A stretch of DNA of 57,598 nt from a virus (lineage: Duplodnaviria; Caudoviricetes): the IMG/VR virus record IMGVR_UViG_3300017649_000002, positions 1 to 57,598 of that record; one strand, written 5' to 3'. Position numbers and translations under genes: made by a program. Of the stretch, positions 17,016-26,967 are shown piece after piece. The notes beneath the pieces were generated by a model. It was given only the letters and a program-made list of their open reading frames with translations. It was not told where the DNA came from and searched no databases. How positions within the stretch are numbered: position 1 is the stretch's first letter; every line of letters starts with the position of its first letter.

Positions 17016-20000
17016 TCACGCCAGCCCGAGGGCGCCTTTGACGGCGCTGGAATTGGCGCTCATGTAGTTGAGAATGCCTTGCTGACCGACTTCGGTGTTG
17101 AGGCCCTGACTGACGAAATCGCCAGCGTCGATCGCGTTGATGATCTTCACGTTCGCCTGGCCGCCGCCGTTCATGACGTGGCGCGGATCGTCACGGGTCA
17201 GGACTTCTTCGTTCCGTTCCAGGATCGCCGGGACTTCGTTCGGAGCCAGCCCGGCGATACCGCCCGTATGATACCGCACGGCGTTGTCGAACCAGGACGG
17301 CGACACCATGCGCACGCCCGTGCCATCGGCCAAACCGCCATTGTGACGGACCATGCCGGCGATCATGCCGCCGAGGCCGCCAGAGCCGCCCGAGGCACCC
17401 CCGAGAGCGCCGCTGACCATGTTGAAGATGATCTGCTGGAAGATCATCTGCGCGATCTGCTTCAGGAAGTCGGCGGCAAACTGAAGGAAGGCGTCGCGAA
17501 TGTCTTCCAGGGCTTCCTTGCCGGTCTTGGTGCCGTCGATCCAGGCCCCGATCGCATCGCCCACCTTGCCGAAGGCATTGGCGGCCCCCTGCGCGAAGGA
17601 CTGGTTGATCTGCTTGGCGTCGAGCGTGATCCGGGCGTTCGTGACCAGCGAGTTGTTCAGGTTGTTCAGCTTGGCGATTGCCAGGTCGGCGCCCGGCCCG
17701 CCCATCGCCTGATAGAACTGAAGCGCGTTGGCGATGGCTTCCTTCAGGCGCGAGTTCACGCCGTCCAGGTCGGTTTGCAGCCGGGCGGCGGCTTCGAAGT
17801 TACCTTGGCCCTGGTTGAACTCGACCTGTTCTTGCAGTTCCTTGCGCAGCGCAACCAGGTCGTTGACGCGCTTCTCTGCCTGCTCGCGGTCGAAAAGCTG
17901 ACCCTTCAGTTCGGCGTATTTGCGGCCCTGTTCCGACAGCAGGTCGATGCCGTCCTTGCGGGCCTCGTTGGCGATGAATTCCTCGCGGCTGATGGCGGCC
18001 TGGCCGCCTGCAAGCTGCGACTGCAACTCGCTGATCTTGACCTTGGCCTTCTCGCCGGCCTGCTGGTCGAAAGCCTGGCCCGCGATCTGCGCGATGCGCT
18101 GCGCATCTTCGGAATAGAACTTCTCCTGCTGCTTGTGCAGCGCCTCGGCGTACTGCTCGGCGGCTTCCTCGGTGCTGAACATGCCCAGGTGCTTGCCGGT
18201 GCGCTGGAACTGCGCGACCGCCTGCTCGTCGGACATGACCTTGCCGTCGTCACTGACGGTCGGGATCAGCGCAACCTTGCCGTCCACTTCCACCGAGATC
18301 GAGCGCACGGTGCTCACCGAGCCATCGGCGTTGCGGACCTGCGGGCGCTTCGTGAGGTCGATGTTGCCTTCCTCAAGCATGCCCTGCACGGCCTTGACCA
18401 CGCTGTCGATGCCGGCGCGTTCCAAGGCGTCGCGGATGTACTTCTCGCGGTCGGTGAGGTTGGCCTGCGCGATCTGGCGGTTCAGGTCGGTCACGACCTT
18501 CAGCGTCTGATCGACCTGGGCCTGGACCTGCTTCGCGGTGTTCGCGGCCAGGGCGGCGTTCGGGTTCGCCAGGATCGCGGCCTCGGCGTCGCGGCGGCCG
18601 GCGTTGATGCCGCCGTTGTCGCCCCGCAGGCCGCGCACGGCGGCGGCGATTTCCTCGGCCGTTCCGGTCTTGACCGCATCCAGGATGCGACGCGGCAAGC
18701 TGCCGTAGTTGTAGGCGATCGACGTGAGCGCGGCCTGCTGCTCGGGCGAGAAGGCGTTGAAGCGTTCGCTGCCGATCTGGTTCTTGATGCCCTCCTGGAA
18801 CTCACCGATGCGGCGCACCAGGTCGCGAAGCGCGTCCTGCTGCGTGACGGTGATGCCCTGAGTGACCTTGCGGATCGAACCGTCGTCGAGGGTAACGGTG
18901 TCGGAGCCGTAGCCGACACGGTAGGCGTTCACGTCCCAATACGGCGTCGAGCGGAAGGATTCGAAATGCTTCAGCAGATTGACCGACTTCAGCAGGCCAT
19001 CGCCGCGAGTGTTGGCGAATTCCTTGATCAGCGACTCGTCGTAGCCCTCGCGCAGCGCGGCCATGGCGGCGTTGGCGCGGTCCATCGCGGCCTTCTTCAA
19101 CCCTTCGTCGTTGCCGGCCGCGTCGAAGGCTTTCTGTAGGTCTTCCTGAATCGCCTTGAAGCTCTGCTGGAACTCCAACTCTTTCTTCAGGCCGGGGATG
19201 CGCTTCGCCAGGCGCTCCATCGCCTCGTTGTACTTGTCCAGGCCGCGAGCGCCGTTGGTGGCGGCCTCGTCGGTCTTGTCGATTGCATCCGCGACGCCGA
19301 GAAGTTCCTTGTCCGCCTGCGTGGCCTGCCCGCGCATCAGGCGCAGCGAGGCTTCGAAGCGCATGAGGGCGTCTTCGCTCTTGATCGCCTCGGCTGCCGA
19401 GTCCTGCATGCGGAGGGCGAGTTCCTTGAACTGCGGGTGGGCCTCGGCCACGGCGTCGAGGCGCTTCTTGAATTCGGACAGCGGCAGTTGGCCCGAGCGG
19501 GCCTGTTCCGAAAGCTGCTGGATTTCTTCGAACACGGCCTTCAGCGGCGAGTCCGAATTACGCACGCGGGTCATGTAGCCGCGACCGAACGGCTGGATGA
19601 TGTCTTCCAGGTCGTCCTTCAGCTTGTTCCGCAGGTTCGACAGGTCACGGTCAATCTGAAGGCTCGACAGACCCTTCATGGCGTCGGCCCAATCCTTCGC
19701 GGACTTGGCGCCGTTGCGATACGCCTGCGTGATGTCATCGACCGCACGCTTGGCCGAGATCATCGACGTTTCGGACTCGCGCACCCGCGTGGCGAGGAAG
19801 GCGAAGGCGCCGGCCAGCAGGCCGATCGCGATGCCGATGGGGCCGCCGATGCCGGCCATAGCGACGCTCAATCCGGCAGCGGCCGTCTGCGCCGTGCGGA
19901 TGCCCGTGACCATGGTGGCGATGGCCTTGGTCAGCGACATGATGTAGGCCACGCCCTTCGCAGCGCCGAGCGCGGCCAAGGCCGTCATGATCAGGTCGAG

Positions 20001-21956
20001 GTTGTCCAGCAGCGCCATGAGCGCCCGGATGACGCCGCCCACGGCCGCGCCGATGCGTTCGAACCAGACTTCGGCCTCGGGGCTGCGCAGGCGCTCTTGC
20101 AGGTCGCGCAGGGCCTCGGTGAAGGCTTCCAGCACGCCGCTGTCCGCGATCTTGTTCAGGGCCAGGGTTACGCCGGTCTGGAAGCGGCCAAGCTCGGCCT
20201 GCGTCATTTCCAGGGCCTTCGGAAGCTGCTGCCCGAAGCGGGCGTCGAGCACGTCGGCAAACTTCAGCAGGTAGTCCGACGTAAGCTGGCCCTGCTCCAT
20301 CATCTTCGTCAGTTCGGCGCCCGAGACGCCGACCGCCTGCGCCATCAGCGCGAAGGCACCGGGGATGTGCTCACCGAGTTGCTGCCGAAGTTCTTCCATC
20401 TGGATCGTGCCCTTCGACATCATCTGCGTGAGGGCAACGAAGGCGCGTTCGACCTGCTGCGAATCCAGCTTCAGCACGCGGCCGGCTTCGGACACCGACG
20501 TGAAGATTTTTCGGGCTTCCTCCATGCTGAAGTTCGACGCCTGCGCCGACACGGCGAACTTCGACCACTCGCCGGCCAGGGTCGTCAGGCTGAAACCGAG
20601 ACGGTCGGCCTCATCCTTCACCCATTGCAGTTCGGATGCGGTCTTGGCGGAATCTCCACCCGTCACGACGTTCAGGCGCGATTCGACGGCCTGCATCTGC
20701 ATGGACGCCTGGATCGACTGGTTGACGCCGTTGATGGCGCCCATCAGGCCGACATAGGAACTTACCAGCGACAGCACTTCGCCGCGCCAACGCTGGTACA
20801 GCGACAGCGAGCGCCGGGAGTTGGCGAACAGGCTTTGCAGGCTGCGGTCCAGGTCGCTCGTGCCGGTGGCCGCACGCCGGCCGGCATCGCCCATGCTGTT
20901 GAAAGCCTGCCCGGTGCGCAGCGCGATCGACGAGACATCGACCATGGTGTTGCGCACGCCGGCCAGGGCTGCGCGAGCACGTTCCTGCGCGGCGGCCACG
21001 GCGGCGCTGTCGCTGCCCTGGGTGCGCAACACGCGGGTGAACTGCTCGATAGCGACCTGGGCCTCGTTGTAGGCCGTCTTGTTGGCACGGGCGGCTGACG
21101 ACAGGGCGGCCATGTTGGCGGCCTGCTCGCGGGTCGGCGGCCCGACCTGGGCCATGGTCTGCGCGATCTGCTGGATGCTTTGCTGCGCGGCCTGCCAGCC
21201 GCTTTGCGCACCAGCCGCGGCCTCCTGCAACGACCGCCGCAGTTCCAGCGCGGAACGGCGGGCCATGGCCTGCGAGGACTGGTCCTGCTTCGCTGCGGCC
21301 TCGGCGGCGGCCTGGCCGGCACGCTCCTGCGCAGCGCGCACCTTGTCGAGCGCGGCGGCGGCCTTCTCGGCGTTGCCGGTGATGTCCTGCAAGGCGTAGA
21401 AGGACTGCTGAAACGCCTTCTCCTGCGTCGCGACCGTGGCGGCCGTGCGCTCGATTTGGCGCTGCAACTGCTCTTGTGCGGCGGCGGCAGCCGAGGCGCC
21501 GCGCTGGGCGTCCTGCTGGGCTGCGGCCAGGCTTTGCATCTGCTCGGCCACGTCGCGGGTCGGCGGGCCGTACCGGGTCTGCCCCCGGCGAACTTTCTCC
21601 TGCGCAGCGGCCAGTTCGTTCGACTTCTGCGTCAGGCGTTCTTGCACCCGAGCCGCAGACTCCATCTGCGACACGAGCGACTGATAGACAGCGCGGTTTT
21701 CGTTGAGAACGGATTCCTGCCGGGCGAGCGATGCCGCAGCCCGGTCGGAATCTGAACCGATCTTGGCGTAGGCTGCGCTGACGGTCGCGGCGACCTTGGC
21801 GAAGCCGGCAAGCACATCGCCCGCCTTGGCGGACGACTTGCTCAGGTCGTCTTGATGACCGACCAGATCGGACAGGGCTTTGGTGATGCTGTCGAGCGAT
21901 TTACTCGCTTCGTTTCGCGCCCTGATTACGAGTTCAACATCACCCTTGGTAGCCAC
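17016..21956 (-). CDS. Tape measure protein with embedded lysozyme-like domain
   Basis: 1646 aa, Ala/Gln-rich helical; tape-measure motif 'QMMSKGTIQMEELRQQLGE'; C-terminal 'HTGG..GL..NEVPAIL..EEVL'. Confidence 0.95.
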   Translation of the reverse strand: MATKGDVELVIRARNEASKSLDSITKALSDLVGHQDDLSKSSAKAGDVLAGFAKVAATVSAAYAKIGSDSDRAAASLARQESVLNENRAVYQSLVSQMESAARVQERLTQKSNELAAAQEKVRRGQTRYGPPTRDVAEQMQSLAAAQQDAQRGASAAAAAQEQLQRQIERTAATVATQEKAFQQSFYALQDITGNAEKAAAALDKVRAAQERAGQAAAEAAAKQDQSSQAMARRSALELRRSLQEAAAGAQSGWQAAQQSIQQIAQTMAQVGPPTREQAANMAALSSAARANKTAYNEAQVAIEQFTRVLRTQGSDSAAVAAAQERARAALAGVRNTMVDVSSIALRTGQAFNSMGDAGRRAATGTSDLDRSLQSLFANSRRSLSLYQRWRGEVLSLVSSYVGLMGAINGVNQSIQASMQMQAVESRLNVVTGGDSAKTASELQWVKDEADRLGFSLTTLAGEWSKFAVSAQASNFSMEEARKIFTSVSEAGRVLKLDSQQVERAFVALTQMMSKGTIQMEELRQQLGEHIPGAFALMAQAVGVSGAELTKMMEQGQLTSDYLLKFADVLDARFGQQLPKALEMTQAELGRFQTGVTLALNKIADSGVLEAFTEALRDLQERLRSPEAEVWFERIGAAVGGVIRALMALLDNLDLIMTALAALGAAKGVAYIMSLTKAIATMVTGIRTAQTAAAGLSVAMAGIGGPIGIAIGLLAGAFAFLATRVRESETSMISAKRAVDDITQAYRNGAKSAKDWADAMKGLSSLQIDRDLSNLRNKLKDDLEDIIQPFGRGYMTRVRNSDSPLKAVFEEIQQLSEQARSGQLPLSEFKKRLDAVAEAHPQFKELALRMQDSAAEAIKSEDALMRFEASLRLMRGQATQADKELLGVADAIDKTDEAATNGARGLDKYNEAMERLAKRIPGLKKELEFQQSFKAIQEDLQKAFDAAGNDEGLKKAAMDRANAAMAALREGYDESLIKEFANTRGDGLLKSVNLLKHFESFRSTPYWDVNAYRVGYGSDTVTLDDGSIRKVTQGITVTQQDALRDLVRRIGEFQEGIKNQIGSERFNAFSPEQQAALTSIAYNYGSLPRRILDAVKTGTAEEIAAAVRGLRGDNGGINAGRRDAEAAILANPNAALAANTAKQVQAQVDQTLKVVTDLNRQIAQANLTDREKYIRDALERAGIDSVVKAVQGMLEEGNIDLTKRPQVRNADGSVSTVRSISVEVDGKVALIPTVSDDGKVMSDEQAVAQFQRTGKHLGMFSTEEAAEQYAEALHKQQEKFYSEDAQRIAQIAGQAFDQQAGEKAKVKISELQSQLAGGQAAISREEFIANEARKDGIDLLSEQGRKYAELKGQLFDREQAEKRVNDLVALRKELQEQVEFNQGQGNFEAAARLQTDLDGVNSRLKEAIANALQFYQAMGGPGADLAIAKLNNLNNSLVTNARITLDAKQINQSFAQGAANAFGKVGDAIGAWIDGTKTGKEALEDIRDAFLQFAADFLKQIAQMIFQQIIFNMVSGALGGASGGSGGLGGMIAGMVRHNGGLADGTGVRMVSPSWFDNAVRYHTGGIAGLAPNEVPAILERNEEVLTRDDPRHVMNGGGQANVKIINAIDAGDFVSQGLNTEVGQQGILNYMSANSSAVKGALGLA

Positions 21957-22257
21957 TGTCGTTCAGCCTTCGAATGGTTTTCTTGAATTCCTTCCGCCCG
22001 TCTTTCGACAGGACGGAAACGACCGCCAACTGAGTCAGAACAGCGTTGGTCGCGTGCTCACCGTTGCGGCGTTCAACCGCGAGGCGGGCTTCGTCCCACA
22101 CCATCCCGATCGGGTAATGCTGGGCATCCGCGTGGCCTTCCGAGAGAAGAAGGCTGACCTGGCGGCGGATACCCCAAAGCCAGGTCTGAAAGGTCAGCCG
22201 TTCGGGTTCTCGGCTCGGCCTTTCATCAGGGTGTTGACGGTCGCTAGGAACTTTTTT
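21940..22257 (-). CDS. Tail assembly chaperone, -1 frameshift extension (gpT-like part of gpGT)
   Basis: In-frame A-AAA-AAG heptamer at 22257-22251; -1 frame is open for about 100 codons (…IRRQVSLLLSEGHADAQHYPIG…) to TGA at 21942-21940. Confidence 0.85.
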   Translation of the reverse strand, partial: KKVPSDRQHPDERPSREPERLTFQTWLWGIRRQVSLLLSEGHADAQHYPIGMVWDEARLAVERRNGEHATNAVLTQLAVVSVLSKDGRKEFKKTIRRLNDSGYQG

Positions 22258-22619
22258 GCGGTGCCCTCCGACCCGAAAGTCAGGAGGCCGATCTTCTTCA
22301 GCGCCTCGACCTGAACCGGGAAAGGAAGTCCCAGCGCGGCTTCGAACGCATCGTCTTCGCCGGTCGCGAGGGCGATGGCCTCAGCGGCGAGTGCAGGCGC
22401 CTGCTGGATGAAATGCGCAGCCGTAGCGGCAGCACCTTCGATGTCCAGAGTGCCTTCATTCTTGCCTCGCACGAGAAGGTCGAAGAAGCCGGCCACTTCG
22501 CCGGAATACTTGGTGAACAGCGTCCGCAGATCGACGAAGGACAAACCCCGGACAGTGAAGCTACCACTGTCCGGGACCGTCACTTCGGCCGTGGGGAGTT
22601 TGAGGTCTTTCAGGCCCAT
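22194..22619 (-). CDS. Tail assembly chaperone (gpG-like)
   Basis: Between tail tube and tape measure; contains the slippery site. Confidence 0.85.
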   Translation of the reverse strand: MGLKDLKLPTAEVTVPDSGSFTVRGLSFVDLRTLFTKYSGEVAGFFDLLVRGKNEGTLDIEGAAATAAHFIQQAPALAAEAIALATGEDDAFEAALGLPFPVQVEALKKIGLLTFGSEGTAKKFLATVNTLMKGRAENPNG

Positions 22620-22634
22620 AGCCGAAGCCCCCGA

Positions 22635-23420
22635 TTACGGCGTAACCGGCGCCGGGCGCTTGGAGGCGTAGACGGCCTCGTAGCCCTGGCGGCGCAGGAT
22701 TTCGATGCTGAAGGGGATTTGCTGCCACTCGTCCCCCTTGAGCGCGAAGTCGCCGTTCGGGGTGATCTTCACCCAGGGCCAGAAGTAGTCGATCTGCTCG
22801 CCCACGGGGTTCTGCGACACGTAGCGCAGCGAGCCTTCGACGGCCTGCGAACCCGAGATCACGACTTCGCGGGTCGAAGCCGCCACGTCGTAAGTCACTT
22901 TCAGGTTCGTGCCCTTGGTGATGCCGCCGCCGACCAGCACTTCGATGCGGCCGAGTTCCGGGTTAACCATGTAGTCGGTGCCGGCCGTGAAGGTGGCGGG
23001 CGTCGCGGCGTCGTCGGTCACGACCACATTGGACACGTTGCGAGCGCCGGTCGGGTTCGTGGGGCTGGCGCCAAGCTGATAGAACAGCCCCGGCGTCACA
23101 TCGTCGAACTCGTCTTCCTCGCCCGTCGCGGCGGTCACGGTCAGCGCCGACACCGAACCCAGGTAGAACAGGGCGATGTTCTCGGGGCTGATGTGGTCGG
23201 TGATGAAAGAGCCGGTGCGGTTGGTTTGCAGGACAACCGAAGCGTCCTTCTCGCGCACGCCGCGATCGCTGTTGAAGTGGTCGAGGTTTTCGCTTTCGAC
23301 GTTCGTGTTCACTTCGGGCGTGTTGCCGAAGTAACGTTCACCGATGCCAACCTGGCTGTTCGGCTTGAACTTGTTGAAATACAGTTCCCCGCGACCGAGG
23401 GTGTAGTTCATCTGTTCCAT
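22635..23420 (-). CDS. Major tail tube protein
   Basis: 'NYTLGRGELYF', 'ERYFGNTPE', 'PNGDFALKGDEWQQ'; position in the tail operon. Confidence 0.85.
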   Translation of the reverse strand: MEQMNYTLGRGELYFNKFKPNSQVGIGERYFGNTPEVNTNVESENLDHFNSDRGVREKDASVVLQTNRTGSFITDHISPENIALFYLGSVSALTVTAATGEEDEFDDVTPGLFYQLGASPTNPTGARNVSNVVVTDDAATPATFTAGTDYMVNPELGRIEVLVGGGITKGTNLKVTYDVAASTREVVISGSQAVEGSLRYVSQNPVGEQIDYFWPWVKITPNGDFALKGDEWQQIPFSIEILRRQGYEAVYASKRPAPVTP

Positions 23421-23465
23421 GATTTCCTCGCTGGAAGGTTAAACAAAGAAAGTGGATTCACCCGT

Positions 23466-23978
23466 CTATTCGTAGGGATCGGCCATATTTTCCGCTATTT
23501 CTAGCGAAACTGACAACAAGAAGTTGGCATACTCGTTGACCTGTTCTTCGGCTGGTCTTACGACGCAGGCACCGATTATTAGGTCCGTGACGCGGCCACC
23601 CATACCGAGCAAGTTGTTCCCTTGCCCCGGCCGGATCATCTTCTTGCGTTCTTCTGCAAGCGCCTTCTTCACGTCGGCCAGCAGGTAGTGCGCCGGGTCG
23701 GTCGGGTTCTTCTTGTCGTCGTCCACCCAGCCCTGGATCATGAGGCGCCACTGACCTTTCCAGGTCGTGCCCGAGGCGGGAGTGGAATCGGGTTCGTCGG
23801 GAAGCGGCGCTTCCAGGACCGACACGAGCGGGATCGGGTCGCTGTCGCCGTACATCAGGCGGCCACGGAAGACGGACTCGGCCAGGTCGTAATTGTAGCC
23901 GTTGGCCTTGGTGATCGTCTTCAGAACGGCGGTGAGCGCGTGCAGCACGCGCAGGCGGAACGGGACGGTGTGTGCCAT
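23466..23978 (-). CDS. Tail terminator-like protein
   Basis: Position upstream of the tail tube; 'ITKANGY..DL...VFRGR', 'NPTDPA..L.ADVKKAL'. Confidence 0.7.
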   Translation of the reverse strand: MAHTVPFRLRVLHALTAVLKTITKANGYNYDLAESVFRGRLMYGDSDPIPLVSVLEAPLPDEPDSTPASGTTWKGQWRLMIQGWVDDDKKNPTDPAHYLLADVKKALAEERKKMIRPGQGNNLLGMGGRVTDLIIGACVVRPAEEQVNEYANFLLSVSLEIAENMADPYE

Positions 23979-24595
23979 TACAGGCCCTCCACGCCCAGCA
24001 GCCGTTCGAACTCGGCCACCAGGAAGTCACGGGTTTCGGGGGAGATGTCATCGCGAACCGCACGGAAGACCTGGTTCACGGACGGCCCGTAAAGGAGCCA
24101 GAGGCCGCGATCCAACTGCACGGCAGCGCGGGTGTTGCGCGGGCGCTGGCCGTTCTTCAGGCGGATGGCGACACCGAGGTTGAACTTCGTGTCGGTCTTC
24201 TCTTTGCCGGCCCGCAGCTTGACCAGGAAGGCGCCCTTCATGAAGCGAGCCTCGCCGGGCTTCACCTGGACCTTCAGGCCGCCACGGCGGCGGGCCGCTG
24301 CGGGATCGTTGTCGCGGACGAAGCGGGCGAGCGAGGTGGGCCGCTCCCGACCGCTGATGATGGCTTCCAGGTTCGTGCCGACCGACCGCTTCTTGATGTA
24401 CAGGCGGGAGTCCTCGCCGCGCAGGTAGCTCGCCGGAAAGGCGACCTGGCGCATGATCTCGGCGGCGCCACGGGCGCGGGCACGCTCGGCGGTGCGGTTG
24501 ATCGCCATGCGGGCGACGCGGGCGATCTTCTCGGGCGCCGCGTCGAAGTCCGGCAGGTTGTCGATGCCGTCCAAAGTGACTTCGAACATCTTCAC
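23978..24595 (-). CDS. Tail completion / neck protein (gpZ-like)
   Basis: Basic; 'AINRTA', 'LYGPSVNQVF'; GTG 24595 (or ATG 24589) is coupled to the upstream stop. Confidence 0.72.
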   Translation of the reverse strand: MKMFEVTLDGIDNLPDFDAAPEKIARVARMAINRTAERARARGAAEIMRQVAFPASYLRGEDSRLYIKKRSVGTNLEAIISGRERPTSLARFVRDNDPAAARRRGGLKVQVKPGEARFMKGAFLVKLRAGKEKTDTKFNLGVAIRLKNGQRPRNTRAAVQLDRGLWLLYGPSVNQVFRAVRDDISPETRDFLVAEFERLLGVEGL

Positions 24596-24981
24596 GGCGT
24601 GCCCCCGATCGCGGGCAGGCCGGCTTGCTCGTACTGACGCGCAGTCATGCGCGTGACTTCGGCCGTGACGGTGATGTCGTCGGCCGGCAGGGTGTTGTCG
24701 ATCTCGTAGGCTTCGCCCGGCTGCACGAGCACGATGGCGCCGCGTTCCGGCTGCACGCTGCCGGGTTCGTCGATCCTGAAGATGATGCGGGGCTTGATGG
24801 CCTCGATCTCGGCCCACCCCATGCTGCGATCGTCACCGATCGCGTTGAACTTCGTGTGGAGGCGGACGCGAACAGGGACCGGCGTTGCGCCGACCTCGGG
24901 GAAATACCGCACGTCGTCGAGCGCCATCGTGTCATGCACGATGCGCCGAGCCTCCCGTTTCTGTTCGCGCCATCCTGCCAT
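24592..24981 (-). CDS. Head-tail joining protein (gpFII-like)
   Basis: Position and size; ATG 24981. Confidence 0.65.
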   Translation of the reverse strand: MAGWREQKREARRIVHDTMALDDVRYFPEVGATPVPVRVRLHTKFNAIGDDRSMGWAEIEAIKPRIIFRIDEPGSVQPERGAIVLVQPGEAYEIDNTLPADDITVTAEVTRMTARQYEQAGLPAIGGTP

Positions 24982-25011
24982 TGCACTCAACCGGCCTGCG
25001 CCGGCCCTCGA

Positions 25012-25395
25012 TTACAGACCGTCGCCCTTGCCGCGAGCGGCCTGGATGAGTTCGATCAGCTTGGTCTTGCCCGCGTTCTTGGCGAACGTGATTTCCATCT
25101 CGGTCGCGATGTCGGCCAGTTGGTCGCGGTCCAGCTTTTCCAGGTCCACTTCGGTCTGACCGTCCTCACCGCCTTGGCCGCCTTCGCCGCCGCCCTGGTT
25201 GCCGTTGCTGCCGGCGTCAGTGTGGGATTGCGGGTCTTCCTCGACGGCGTTCACCTTGGCGATGGCCTGGGGGCGAACGGCTTCCAGTTGCGCGATCTCG
25301 TCGGCAGTGAGATTGAAGGACTTGCCGATCTCGGGCTTCACGCGCTTGCCGTTGCGCACGACCAGAATGGCTTCCTTGATGAGACGTTGCGGCAT
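25012..25395 (-). CDS. Hypothetical head accessory protein (C-terminal HeH/Rho-N-like module)
   Basis: AAGGAG RBS; directly after the capsid gene; 'LDRDQLADIA...I...KNAGKTKLIELI'. Confidence 0.7.
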   Translation of the reverse strand: MPQRLIKEAILVVRNGKRVKPEIGKSFNLTADEIAQLEAVRPQAIAKVNAVEEDPQSHTDAGSNGNQGGGEGGQGGEDGQTEVDLEKLDRDQLADIATEMEITFAKNAGKTKLIELIQAARGKGDGL

Positions 25396-25470
25396 GATCC
25401 GCTCCTTGAGGTTTGGGAATTTGGGGAGACGACGACCCGCCGAAGCGGGCCGTCTCGTCGCTGGGCTGGA

Positions 25471-26514
25471 TCAGCGGACGCGCAGCGTGAAGCTGGCGTT
25501 CGGCTCGACCGGGACCATCAGCGGGGCGCTCTGCGTCATCGTGTAGGTGACGGCAGGGTCTTCGGAATCCCACATCTTCGGGAACATCGACAGCGGCTTG
25601 AGGCCGGCCCGCTTGTCCATGATGGCGCCGAAGCAGCGCACGCCTTCCAGGCCGGGGCCGCTGCCCACAACCAGGTCGGGGTCCAGGAACTCTTGCAGCG
25701 CGTTGGCCTCGTCGCGGTACTTCTGACTGTAGGTCCAGAGTTCCAGCGTGCCCATGCCGTTCTGGCCCGAGATACGGCCGCGATATTCCATCGGCTGGCC
25801 TTCAGCGATGGCGCGGTTGTACTCGGTGTCGCTGCCGCGATAGCGGGTATCCAGCAGCTTCATAACGCGATCGTCCTGGCTGAAGTAGTCCCAGGCGTTC
25901 AGGCCGAAGGTCAGGCGCGAAATCGTGCTGCTCGACAGGTCGTGGACCTGGCGGCGCAGGTCTTCGATGTCGCGGATCGGGTTCGCGTCGGCCTCGCCCC
26001 AGCGAGCGGTGCCCGTCAGGGTGTGCGTCAGCGACGGATCGCGGCCGAAGTCCACGGTCACGGTCGGATAGTCTTCGCCGGTCACGACCACGCTGCCGTC
26101 GATCACCGCACGAGCGGCCATCCACTCCCAGCGGTTCTCGATCAGTTGGCGTTCCAGCCGCAGGTTCTCGGCCACGCGGGCGTCGTAACGTTGCGCCAGG
26201 GTCATGTCGCCGCCCAGCGACTCGCCGGCCATGCGCGGGATCGCCTGCGACGGATCGACGACGTGCTTGGGCTTCACGTAAGCCGGCTTGAACGTCTTGG
26301 TGGTGTAGCCGCGATTGCGCAGCACACGGCCCTGGACGTTGGGCGCCACGAACGGAGCCAGTTCACGGGTGCCTTCCGTCACCTGGTCGAAGATGATTTC
26401 CTCGCGGTCGGACGTGACGACACGCGGGAAGAACGTGAGCCAATACTGTTGAATTCCGCGCTGACGGCGCAGCACTTCCAGCAGGTCGGCGGTATTGTAG
26501 ATTTCGAAGGACAT
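25471..26514 (-). CDS. Major capsid protein (lambda gpE family)
   Basis: 'LAPFVAP.V.G', 'FKPAYVKPKH', 'NRWEWMA', 'MTQSAPL'. Confidence 0.93.
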   Translation of the reverse strand: MSFEIYNTADLLEVLRRQRGIQQYWLTFFPRVVTSDREEIIFDQVTEGTRELAPFVAPNVQGRVLRNRGYTTKTFKPAYVKPKHVVDPSQAIPRMAGESLGGDMTLAQRYDARVAENLRLERQLIENRWEWMAARAVIDGSVVVTGEDYPTVTVDFGRDPSLTHTLTGTARWGEADANPIRDIEDLRRQVHDLSSSTISRLTFGLNAWDYFSQDDRVMKLLDTRYRGSDTEYNRAIAEGQPMEYRGRISGQNGMGTLELWTYSQKYRDEANALQEFLDPDLVVGSGPGLEGVRCFGAIMDKRAGLKPLSMFPKMWDSEDPAVTYTMTQSAPLMVPVEPNASFTLRVR

Positions 26515-26539
26515 TTCCTTTCTCCTGGGGAAGTGCGGA

Positions 26540-26926
26540 TCAGTATTCGGTGCTGCCCAGCAGGGCGCCCACTTCGATTTCGCTGCCCTGGAACGCAGCC
26601 TTGCGGGCGGCCAGGGTTGCGACGCCCGAGGGCCAAACCAGCGCCTCGTGATTGAAGAAGGCGCTCACGTAGACCGGCGCCAGGGCGGGCGGCGTCGCGC
26701 TCGCGGCGATCGGCTGGGCCACGACCACGAGGGTCACGTCGGCCTGGCCGGTATACTTCGCCAGGACGCCGTTCACGTCGGCCGCGACTTCGAACTGCTC
26801 GAAGGCGGTGTCGGCGGGAACGCCACGCTGCGCGGTGACGATTTCCTTCTCGCCCGCGAACAGGTGGAACGGCGTGTATCCGCCGTGAGTGCCGTTGCCG
26901 GCCAGTTGGTTCGGATAGGGAGTCAT
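26540..26926 (-). CDS. Head decoration protein (gpD-like)
   Basis: Between protease and capsid; 'FNHEALVWP'. Confidence 0.85.
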   Translation of the reverse strand: MTPYPNQLAGNGTHGGYTPFHLFAGEKEIVTAQRGVPADTAFEQFEVAADVNGVLAKYTGQADVTLVVVAQPIAASATPPALAPVYVSAFFNHEALVWPSGVATLAARKAAFQGSEIEVGALLGSTEY

Positions 26927-26967
26927 GATGTTCTCCTGGGATTGGGATTGCTGGGAACCGCGCCGGA

